Part shown: piece by piece, positions 53,725 through 64,000 of the stretch
Numbering within the stretch: the first letter of the stretch is position 1
Layout of the letters: the number at the start of each line of letters is the position of its first letter
DNA from: Macrostomum lignano
Lineage: Eukaryota
Reading direction: 5' to 3'
DNA length: 64,000 nt
NCBI GenBank assembly: GCA_002269645.1
Contig: NIVC01003112.1
Location: 54,807-118,806, forward strand
The notes under the pieces: model-generated
Seen by the model: the letters and a program-made list of their open reading frames with translations, nothing else
Databases searched by the model: none
What the model was told of the DNA's origin: nothing
Translations under genes and position numbers: made by a program

Positions 53725-54195
53725 ACTGGATGATAAACCCAATGGGAACTGGATGGTAACCCAATGGGAACTGGATGATAAACCCAATGGGAACTGGATG
53801 ATAAACTCAATGGGAACTGGATGGTAACCCAATGGGAACTGGATGGTAACCCAATGGGAACTGGATGATAAACTCAATGGGAACTGGATGGTAACCCAAT
53901 GGGAACTGGATGATAAACCCAATGGGAACTGGATGGTAACCCAATGGGAACTGGATGATAAACCCAATGGGAACTGGATGATAAACCCAATGGGAACTGG
54001 ATGGTAACCCAATGGGAACTGGATGATAAACCCAATGGGAACTGGATGATAAACCCAATGGGAACTGGATGGTAACCCAATGGGAACTGGATGGTAAACC
54101 CAATGGGAACTGGATGGTAAACCCAATGGGAACTGGATGATAAACCCGATGGGGACTGGATGATAAACCCGATGGGAACTGGATGGTAACCCAAC
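53725..54195. repeat. 22/23-bp minisatellite CCCAATGGGAACTGGATG(GTAA|ATAAA), ~21 units; one orphan unit at ~53435-53465 on the far side of the SINE
   Basis: Directly visible. Confidence 0.96.
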
Positions 54196-54563
54196 GAAAG
54201 TGAATTCTGAAGTCAATGATGGTAAATTATGGGCTAGGAAATATTTAGGGAAAAAATTTCACGCAAAAAAGATTCATTTTAGAGCAGTTAGCCTTACAGA
54301 TATGGTAGCTATAAGCTCAGTCTGAACTTAAAACAGAATTTAAAATAAAACACCATCAATTGATTCACTTCTCTCTGTGAATATATATTTGGAGATAGAT
54401 TAATGTATTATTCGTACTTTATAAAACTGTAACTGTCTGCATATCCATCGTATTAATACGTAGGTACAGCAATGATTTTTGTTCTAAGCTGTTCTCAGGG
54501 GATGACAGTTAGGCTGATATACAATACTTGTAAAATCACAGTTCTTGAGCACTTGAATATCGT

Positions 54564-54785
54564 CTAAACTTTGTTGTCATTTCGGAAGCCGCCGCCCGAG
54601 CCGATCCGGCTGTACTCCTGGCTGCTGGCCCGGCCGAACAGGTTAGACCCCATCTGCGGCCGGCAGGTCTCCTGGCAGCAGCAGCAGTAGGCGCACAGGA
54701 TGCAGATCCACCCGGTCAGAAGGACCGATCCCCAAACCGCGTAGATCCATACTCTGATTTTTTCAGCGTCTTCAGTGCTTGACAT
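54564..54785 (-). CDS. Small Cys-rich single-pass membrane protein, paralog 4 (73 aa)
   Basis: Motif ILCAYCCCCQETCRPQMGSNLFGR. The N-terminus and 5' flank align with paralog 2 (MSSREEIETIRLWI vs MSSTEDAEKIRVWI). Confidence 0.8.
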   Translation of the reverse strand: MSSTEDAEKIRVWIYAVWGSVLLTGWICILCAYCCCCQETCRPQMGSNLFGRASSQEYSRIGSGGGFRNDNKV

Positions 54786-57569
54786 GACTTGGTTGCGCTC
54801 TGCCTTAGCCTTACGATTACCAAGCTTGTTACAAGTCGATGCGCGGATGAATATAGCACTTCCGGTTTGTTTTTAAAATCTCGAGTTAGGCTACGAGTAT
54901 TTGCTGTAGCCCTCTCACCTACCTTTTAGCGCCTGGTCACTGCTCCGATGTTTCAAAGCTAGAGCCACCGTGCACCGGAAGTCTTTAATATCTGCTAGCT
55001 GCGACAAGCGGATGTCCCCATTTAATCTTGTCAGCAGCTCCAACTATAAACTTGTGTGTGCATCTAAACATTTTGCACTAATAGTACTTGACAAAATATT
55101 GAATGGCAAATATGCGCAGAAAAGATGGATACATCCACACAAACCTATCAAATTACCCCCAAGAGCAAGCATAACATGAGGCCGCTTGAGATAGTTGAGC
55201 AGGCTCGAGGTTAACCTAATACAGCTGACGACAGGCAACAAACAATAAATCTAGACTAATGTACTTGGAGCTGAGTTCGACAATGCTCAGTAAGCAGAGC
55301 GTAAATCAAAGCAGTCTGTCCTTGGCTAGCGACTTGCCGTCAGAGATTTGCTCCACGCCTGGCTGAGAAGACGGCGTTTTTCAGCTGAAGATGAGATTCG
55401 ATTTTTCTGATACGCAATCACAATGGAACACTCGAGCGTAAGCACCCGCGGGAGGCTGGGCTGGTTCTGGGTGTCTACACTGAGTTGATAGCGAAAAAAT
55501 ATCACCCGCCATGCAGAGAACCAGCATCCAATCTTGGCGGCATCTGCTTCTGGGAACTGGAAAATCTGTCAAGGTCCCCCGTCCTCTTGGCCGCGTCTCT
55601 CCCATCTTCTCCGTAAGCTCCGATATGCCAGGCCGGGGGTGAGACGGAAATGACTGATCGACCGACTCAGAGGCAGACGTTTGGCGACCAGGCCATGGAT
55701 ACAAGAAATCTCAACCAGCATCGAGGCGCCACCCCCAAGAACGGAGCAGACCCCGGCCCAACTCCTGCAGCCCCAACCAGCTATTTCCCAGCGAGCCTGT
55801 CAAGACGGAAATTAAGTTTTTGATTGAGCTCGAACGGAGCCAGCCGCCTCAAACTCCCCAGTGGTGATGAATGCCCCCAGCCTCTGATTCGGCTGGGAAG
55901 TTTTGAGACCGGCACGCCTGGTTGAAAGAATACGAACAGCTAAAATCATCATCTGTGTTGTAGACTTTTAATTTTTCATAAATAATAACGTGATCTAACT
56001 AATTAACTCTTTAATCATATAACTGCTACTTTAACAGTTACCAGACGTCCTTCCACTGTCACTGCCTGTAGCTCATGGATTCGTCGAGTTTTGTGTTCTT
56101 AAGTTGTCCCTGGATTCAGATTGAGCCGGCAGCATCACGTGTGGGAATATTCAGCCAAAGTCGCAGGAGTGCTGCTGCACAGAGCTTAAACAATTCACGA
56201 CTGCCAATTACAATTGCCAATTGCATCTCCCGGCGACCAGCTGTCAATCAAGTCTCAAATTTCACTCCTCGTAGATTAATATCTCTGGCTGCCTTCAATT
56301 TATTGCACCGCCGCTCTCTGCATTGAAGCAGCGAATTTTTATCAGCTAAGCGCGAGCGTACAGGCAGGGAAACGCAGACAGAAGGACAGAAAGAAGAAGA
56401 ATGATGACGGGGGGCTATCTGACAATGGCCGCTACGCAAACAGCGGCAATATCAGGAATCTTTACAGCCAGTGCAAATGGATGGGCACGCAGACTCGGCC
56501 CTTCCCGACTGACCCGGCAGAGCAAACACCTGGCGGGCACACCTCGGCCGCCTGGCAAAAAGCCTCCCAAGAAAACCTGCGGCCCTGTCGGCAAACCGAA
56601 CTGAGAAATCCTATGCAGTGCTTTGAATTGACAGAAATTTTCCATTTCGTTTGCAGATACTGCTAGCGGCTTCAAGGCTGGTTTTGCTCAGCCTTACCAG
56701 ATAATTCCAAACGATTGTGAGGATTATTTCGATTGGGATAAAACCGTTTCTCTTCCCCGCCGGCTGGTCTCAGCGTTCTCAGACTGAAATTTTGCGCCAA
56801 ATTAGCCAAGGGCGGAGTCCAGCCCCAGCCAGCTCAATGACTTGTGCATTATTAAAAGGCACTCAAACTTTATTAGCCCCGGCACACTCTCTCTCTCTGT
56901 CCGTCCGCCAGACAACCCCCCCCCCCGTATCGCACGGATCCTCCCGGCCCGGTCTGACAAAAGCTGCGTCCCAGCGGGGCTCCCTGCCGCTCTCTGCTCA
57001 GCGCCCCAGCGAGAGGAAAAAAAACTTCAAGCCGAAAGCGCCGCCGAGCAGCGATCGCAAAACAAAGAGATTACGTAACAAAGATTGGGTTCCACAGCGG
57101 CCCAGACGGCTTAGCAAAACATATGGAGCGGATCGGGGAGGAGAGGGAGAGGCGACAGTGGAGGAAAGCAAATCGAAGGATTTGAAAATGGGCGAATTCT
57201 GATGCTGCCGACGGCTGCGGTTTTCCCCTACCCAAAAGTTTTCCCACTCCCCCAGAAATCAGCCCCCAAATCCCGCTTTCTCTTTGCTTTTGTGCTAGCG
57301 CGCGTGCGCCAGGGGAAATTTATCCCCACACTTCCCCCTCCCTCCCAGACTTGCCAGCTGCCTTCAATGCTGGGAATAAAGATAGGACAGAGAGACTCGA
57401 ACGACAACGAGAAGTGGATGAGAGCACAGACGATGCAGCTCTATTTGGCTCCCGGGCAGAATGAGTTCAGGGGATCAGGGAAGCGCAGCACGCTCGATAA
57501 ATATAATTTTGCCGTTTCAGCTTCCAGCGTCCAGTCCGCGTGTCTCCGTTTGCCGGCGGATCAGTAAGG

Positions 57570-57572
<3 letters not shown>

Positions 57573-57600
<28 letters not shown>
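57573..57600. repeat. (GA)n microsatellite
   Basis: Directly visible. Confidence 0.9.
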
Positions 57601-57606
<6 letters not shown>

Positions 57607-60446
57607 GAGGGAAAGCCGGGGCTCCGGTCGGAATTAATAGAGGCTGATGGCGAGCCCAGCTCTCCCGGTTTGAGGCCTGGGGAGAAGAAAAGCGGGGAAT
57701 TAGGGATAATTCTTTTTGGTTGCCGAGCGGCTGTGCAGAGCTGATCCGCTCTCTCAGTCCGTTCCAGGGGGGGGGGCAGATGGCGCTTCATCTGAGATGC
57801 AGGAAGCTGCAGCGCGTGCCGTCCGGACTGCCGCTTGGCCCCAGAGAGAAAACAGAGCGGCGAGCCAGAGGCTGAAAGCTGGGCTTGAAGACACGATTGG
57901 ACTCGAGTGGCTTTCGAAATGGCCTATTTTTGCTTTATCCGCTGTTTTGAGGGGTGGGGGGAAGCGCTGGGCCCGGCCGGTTGCGCAACTCTCGGCCTCG
58001 CCAAACACGGGGTCGGATTGCAACCGAAGCTCTCCTAACTAATGATGACCCTTGTCCCGCTCCGCCGAGTGGTGCTGTGGAAAGCAGGCCGATTCAAGTT
58101 GCCGTGTAGTGGGGGGGGGGTGGCTGGGTCCAGATAAGGCAGCTCTCCGTCTGATGCTTGCAGCGACTCTGGGCGGCAAGAATTTTAATTAAATTCCAAT
58201 TAGCGCAGCCCGGCGGGGCCGCACAACAATCGGGGCCGGAAGCCCGCAGCGTCTGAAATGTTTTTGTTGCAATGGCCGGTCGGTGTGAAAATTGGAACTG
58301 CAGGGCCCGCGCGAGAGTGAATGAAAGAGTTGAGGCGGATCAGGAATCATTCATAGCGAGTTGAAAAGCTCCCACGGCGTTGGCAACAGTGGCGGGAGAG
58401 GAAGCTCCCGCAGACAGCTGGGAGACCGGACCGGCCCTTCCGACTGTCCCTGACTGGACTGTCTCTGCCCCACAATGTCCGCCTGCCAGTCACCCCACAC
58501 TGCAATTCACACTGGAGACATTGAGCCAGAGCCGCTGCCAAAAACTCCACCTCTCCTCGCACTTCCCCCTCTTGGAATCCTCGCGCCCTCGGCTGCTCAG
58601 GGATCGGAAATGCCGGCAATTAAGAGGGCCAGAGAGGTGAGCAAGAGAGGGGTGGTGAGAGGGACTGTTTAGCAGGGCTTCCACACCCACAGTGAGCAGT
58701 TCCACTTTGCTCCCCCCACTGTCTAGGGATGCCAAAATTGGAGAAAATCCCACCGATGTAGAATGAGAACTGGGGAGAGAGAAAGTCAGGCAGGTGAAAA
58801 CCCATTGTCCCGTCAGGATCCCCACATGCTCTGCTTCTCCCCAACTCCCCGCCAAGCCTGCAGTGGCTCGCATTGCACTTGGGACCTGCTGAAAATGCTT
58901 TTAACGGGCTCTCGGCTTTGGCACACAGCAACCGGAGCGCCTGGCCGGGAGAGCCCTCAGTCGATCGGCTTTCAAAGACTGACTGGAGCGGCTCGGGCAG
59001 CACTTTTTCCCTGCCGTGTGTGAAAGCTTGAAAAGAATGGGCAGCCACCCCCGTTGCGGCTTAAACTGCAGGTGGGGAGAGGGTTGGAGAGGAGAAGTGA
59101 CGAGAGACCTCTTTTTTACTTCCTCTTTTGTTTGTTGCTGCCTTCATTTTCCTCCTCCCGCTGGGGGTGTTAACTGCCCCGGTTCACTGCAGGGGAGTGG
59201 CTCTGCTGAGAAGCGAGTGATGAAGCGCGCAAAAATGTGATGCTGCTGAATGCAGTTTACTGTTGCTGTCTGTCTGTCCGCGTCTCGGTGTTTAACACCG
59301 CGGCAGGCGGGGATGCCGGGACAAACAGAGGAATGCGGCGGGGTGTCCGATGGCTGCCGGGAGCTGCCAGCCAGGGCTGTTCACTTCGCATCGGACTAAT
59401 GACTTTTCTCTTCACACGTCATCAGGCAGGGGCGGGCAGTGGCATTGCTGAGTGGAAGCTGGGGAACGATGGGCAGAAGGTGTCTCATCTTGCACGCTTT
59501 AATGAGACTGCTAGTTGGGTGGGGGTGAAATGCGAGGATCCGGGGTGAATTTGGTCCCCCTGCACTCCCCGCCGGCCCAAGTGGGAGACCCACCTGTCGA
59601 TCAGCGAACTGGCACTGGGAGAGGGGATTTTGTTACATGACGATGATGGGAGCGGAGGCTGAATGGATTCTTGGCGGATAAAATTAAAGCAGGTGGGCTC
59701 TGCTGGGGAGAGGCGGTTGTTTCAAATCCCATGACACGATTTCGCACCAACCCCAGCTTGAAGAGGTTGAACGGCGGGCTTGGCGGGGAGGAGCGGGGAG
59801 AGGAGAGGCCGCGGCAAGGATGACGGAAGCGCGGGAAAGGAAATCGGGAGACACTAGGATTTGGCAGGAAGCGCGGAACACAGGACCTGAGCTTCCAGTC
59901 GGTCAAATGCGCTTCTGCTTCCTTCCTGGCGGCGCCAAAAAATCCCCAACACTTTTTTCTCCCTTCGTCATCTTTCTCTCCCGGGCTTGTCTTCCTGTGC
60001 GCGACTCGCTCAGATCCTCTTCACCTGGAGCTGAATTCCCTGCCGTTCCTGAGCTGCCAGATAAGGAATCCCCGATTCCCCAGTGAACAATGGGAAAGGG
60101 CAGGGCCGGAGACAAAGCGAAGGGAGCCTAGGAGTTGGAGCGCATTGCTGAAACCAAACCGAGCTAAAAAACCTTTCCATTCCATTTCAGCCCGTGTAGA
60201 TTTTGGAGCTGAGGCCAAGAAGAGAGAGAGAGAGAACACGCGGAGTGCACGGAGGCATTCCTGCGTTCCCCCGGCCAGCCAATAGCAGCTTGTGGCCCAC
60301 CGTTCCTTGGCCCGCTCACCCTCAAACGTCCAACCCTCCTGGAGGAGCGCCAGGCCCGGCCAGGAACGTTAAGAGAAGCCAACTGAGGCATCAAAGAGCA
60401 AAACTCGCCGGCTCTCTCCGTCCTTCTCTTCTCCGTCTCCGGCCAG

Positions 60447-61656
60447 TCGGCGATGGCAGATGGAGCTGCTGTTTTATCTCGGCGTCCTGCTGCCCACACT
60501 CGTGGTTATCGTTGCCTTCATCGTTTTCCTGCTGTGCTGGTTCCGGCTTGCCGCTCGCCTGCCATTCTGCAAGGACAGGCGCGGGAGTCAGACGGCGGAG
60601 CAGCAGCAGCAGCCGCAGCAGCAGCAGCCGCAGCACACGATGCCGCCGTTGCCTCCTGTTCCGCAGCAGCCGACTCTGGCCGCCGGTCAGCACCGCGGCC
60701 CGCACCAGACCATCAGCTTGGACCAGCTGCACCAGCAGACGCAGCAGCACCCCGTGTACGCTCTGGATGAAGATGGCCGGCTGCTGTGGGACAAATACAC
60801 TGTGCGCGACTCCATGCACTCGCTGTACTTTGGCGACCGGCCCCAGCCAGCGATCCCGGGCTCTGTCACTTTCCCGGCTTTGGCCGGCTTCCCAGCGCTT
60901 CAGCACCACAGTCAGATGCTTTATCAGCAGCAGCAGCAGCAGCAGCCGCAGCAAAAGCAACAGCAGCAACAAAGTCAGCAGCACCACTCGTCGAAATTCG
61001 CCAAGAGTGCCTCCTGCCTGTTTCAAACTGGAAGGCAAACAGTTCGACAGCCGCCTGGCATGGTTTCGTCGACTTCGACGTCGTCAGCCTTCGGATTTCG
61101 CCAGACGCAGCCTCCGCCCCCGCCACATCATCCTCCGCCGCCGCCACCACCACAACCGCCCCCGTCGGTTCCACAGCAGCACCCGGCTTCAACAATGATC
61201 ACAGCCATCCCCGGTGGACGGCGCCGACTGCAGAAGAGCAGCTCCATGGAGCAACCCGGGGGTCATGGCGGTGGCAACGCGCCAGACGACGAGGAAGACG
61301 GCACGGGCCAGTACCAGCTGACCTATTCCGCCTTCGCCCGCACCCGCACCACTGCAGGCCGCGATCACTCCGACCACAGACTGTTCGGCGCAGCCGCAGG
61401 CAAAGGTGGCAGCGGCAGCGGCGGCGGCACCTCGCGGGACAATTCTGCGGGAACCTCGGATCCGCGGACGCCCTCCGAGTCCGCGTCCGAATCCGAGCGA
61501 AGCCATCTGGTCCGGCCGCTGCCGCTGAGGACATTGCAGCACCAGCACCGCTCCAGTTCCAGCCCCAGTTCCAGCACCCGTTGCCACCTAATCGAGCGAA
61601 CCCGGCGAACGTTCTGGACGACGTTCACTCCAGTCCAGAGTCCTCGCCAGTCATCG
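60447..61656 (+). CDS. Large coding exon of an unidentified single-pass membrane protein with a Q/P/S-rich cytoplasmic region (ORF track 60460-61719)
   Basis: Pyrimidine tract plus CAG acceptor at 60446; strong GC3 codon bias; TM LLFYLGVLLPTLVVIVAFIVFLLCWF followed by a basic stop-transfer; poly-Q and poly-P tracts; strong phase-0 donor TCG|gtgagt at 61657. Start and remaining exons not established. Confidence 0.6.
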
Positions 61657-62997
61657 GTGAGTCATCGACCTGACGGGAGGTTCAATCATCGCTGGCGGAG
61701 GGAGGCCTTGAACTTTTGACTATAGCCGGCCAAGACACTGCACAGTCCATCCATACAGCTTCTATCGCGACTGTCTCCTCTTTTGATGTTGGCGCCAATT
61801 ATCTGTTTTAATCTTAACCCATTGTGAGTGTCTACCTCTCGCATACGAGCCTGGATGCTGATTCGTGTTGGTCACAATCGCTGCACTGCTTGTAATGAAC
61901 TGTTTAATTTTGTATCCTATTGATGTCCTGTTTAAGGGTTACAGAATGGCGTGCGATCTCTTGGGAAGTTAATAAGTATATATTTTCTGAACTGTATATA
62001 AAGCTAGACAAACATGTGAGCCTAATTAACACTTTCTGAGTCCTCACTAGCAACTGCATCTTAGCCTTAACCTTTGAAAGCCCTGCCTAACTCAAAACGC
62101 TTTCAAGATTTGAGAAGTGCCGCGTCGTTCTACTTAAACAGTCCTTCGCCTTTCCTGCTTAGGTTAAATAATCTCTAGCTCTGCTCTAAACTCGGAATAC
62201 CGTATACGTAGAGAAGGGAGTTTTGATGCACAGACAATGCATGGTTAGCTCAGCTTTATATTATTTTCATTACACGACTGACTCCATACGGCTGCTCCAG
62301 CGACACCTCTTCAGCCTCTCTGCTTCATCTCTGCTCTATCTCCCTTTCAATAGTCTATTAGTGCAATCCGCCCACCGGCTCGTTCAGTCCAGCCCACAGC
62401 CTCCCTGCTGCCTCTCTTCGCACCCTCTCTCTCTGTCAAGAAGGTTTTATTTACTCAGCGCCGTGTCTGTGCAGTGCGCAATGCCTAACAACTAATTATG
62501 AGCGTCTCGGCACCCGCTGTCTGCTGTAGCTAACTGTACTCGGAGCGCCCTGCATTTGCCGCACCTCTCTCCCTACCCTCTCTATCGCTCTCTGTCTCTT
62601 CTAGTAGCAGAAATTTTTTTTAGTCGCAGCCGAGTGCCATATGGGCTGGTAGCAATGCTATGCTAGCCCCTCACTTTCCCACAGTGCGCAGTTGCTGCTG
62701 CTGCAACCGATTCGTTTCGAGGTCGGGCCGCATCAGTTGCAACTGTAGACTGTGCTAGCCTGCAAATCGTTGATCCCCATTGGCCCCTTTGTCTCTCCCA
62801 GTCTCTGTACTGCTGAGCCTGTGTACAAATATATTAATATATCATACTGTGCGCAAACCGGCAGCTTCTTCATTTGATGGCCTATTTATGCTGGTAAAAA
62901 TATTGAGCAAATTATGACTGTTGAAGAGATGAGAGTGCCAATGAGTTTTTAGAGTTGTAAACTTTTCATGCGCTCTCGCAAAAATCTGCCAGTCGGC

Positions 62998-63565
62998 TCG
63001 CATGCCCGATGCATGAGCTCACTGAGATCCACACTGCATTGAATGCCCGATCCATGAGATCCACACTGTATTGAATGTCCGATCCATGAGCTCACTGAGA
63101 TCCACACTGTATTGAATGCCCGATCCATGAGATCCACACTGTATTGAATGCCCGATCCATGAGCTCACTGAGATCCACACTGTATTGAATGCCCGATCCG
63201 TGAGCTCACTGAGATCCACACTGTATTGAATGCCCGATCCATGAGCTCACTGAGATCCACACTGTATTGAATGCCCGATCCATGAGCTCACTGAGATCCA
63301 CACAGTATTGAATGCCCGATCCATGAGCTCACTGAGATCCACACTGTATTGAATGTCCGATCCATGAGCTCACTGAGATCCACACTGTATTGAATGCCCG
63401 ATCCATGAGCTCACTGAGATCCACACTGTATTGAATGCCCGATCCATGAGATCCACACTGTATTGAATGCCCGATCCATGAGATCCACACTGTATTGAAT
63501 GCCCGATCCATGAGATCCACACTGTATTGAATGCCCGATCCATGAGATCCACACTGTATTGAATG
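62998..63565. repeat. 41/31-bp minisatellite CCCGATCCATGAG(CTCACTGAG)ATCCACACTGTATTGAATG, ~15 units
   Basis: Directly visible; the two length classes differ by a ~10-bp internal module. Confidence 0.95.
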
Positions 63566-64000
63566 GTTTACAAAGCAGAGTTCACCTGGACGTCGCTGCT
63601 GATTTTTGGTCTGTTTTAAAAGCTGCACTCGGTGCCCTGAAAGCCCTTAGAGAAGCAAAATGCGAGTCCCAGATTACTAAATTGACACAATCCATTGGCC
63701 AGGTTAACCCTGAGACCCTGCGTCGCGTGGAATCAGTGAAGTGGGTGAGCAAACAATTTTTGAAACCGCGGCTGAGTCATCGCAGAAGTTTTTTTCAAGG
63801 CAAGAATTCCTACTGAAATTCCCACTTTTGTTTGCACCTCCGGTTTCCTAATCTTTCATTCTCAATTCATATCGACTGGGAAAACCTCTAGGCGTGCTGC
63901 CCGACTCCGACTCGCTGACCTCAGGAAGTTTTGATGACCCTTCCAGATTCATAAGCTCATCATTTAGAAGCTATTTTTCAAATACACCACCTTGGCTTGT

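Noticed and set aside
55300-60400. Numerous 60-160-aa ORFs in the GC-rich region upstream of the Q/P-rich exon (similarly 7700-9700, 11500-16800 and 46700-49600)
   Set aside because: No domain motifs, no consistent codon bias and overlapping on both strands; most consistent with non-coding DNA, though small exons cannot be excluded.

Overview
Eukaryotic (metazoan) genomic DNA with spliceosomal introns and dense mini- and microsatellites. The repeat landscape and codon style resemble the flatworm Macrostomum, but that is an inference I cannot verify here. There are no prokaryotic features and no CRISPR array. Spliced genes reconstructed by hand, left to right: an arrestin-domain protein (+); a compact secreted ADAMTS-type metalloprotease with MIG-17-like architecture (-); two tandem CRAL-TRIO paralogs (+); MRPS18C (-) head-to-head with ETFBKMT/METTL20 (+); an atypical H-NOX soluble guanylyl cyclase (+); tRNA-Gln(CTG); four tandem intronless genes for small Cys-rich single-pass membrane proteins (-); and one large exon of an unidentified Q/P-rich membrane protein (+). 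There are also three tRNA/CORE-type SINE copies and about 16 tandem-repeat arrays. The best leads are: (1) the four-gene orphan-looking membrane microprotein family with the motif ILCAY(Y/C)CCCxxxCR(P/A)Q(M/L)GS(N/K)LFG and PPEY tails; (2) a tandem array built from a duplicated exon/intron junction in the cyclase, giving 7 donors and potential 24-nt in-frame microexons; (3) exon-restricted homogenisation between the CRAL-TRIO paralogs plus a GA donor site; (4) a Trp at the ligand-selecting H-NOX distal position plus a CaaX tail; (5) two consecutive GC-AG introns in the protease. All exon coordinates were read by eye and need RNA confirmation. Most long ORFs in the supplied track are repeat artefacts.
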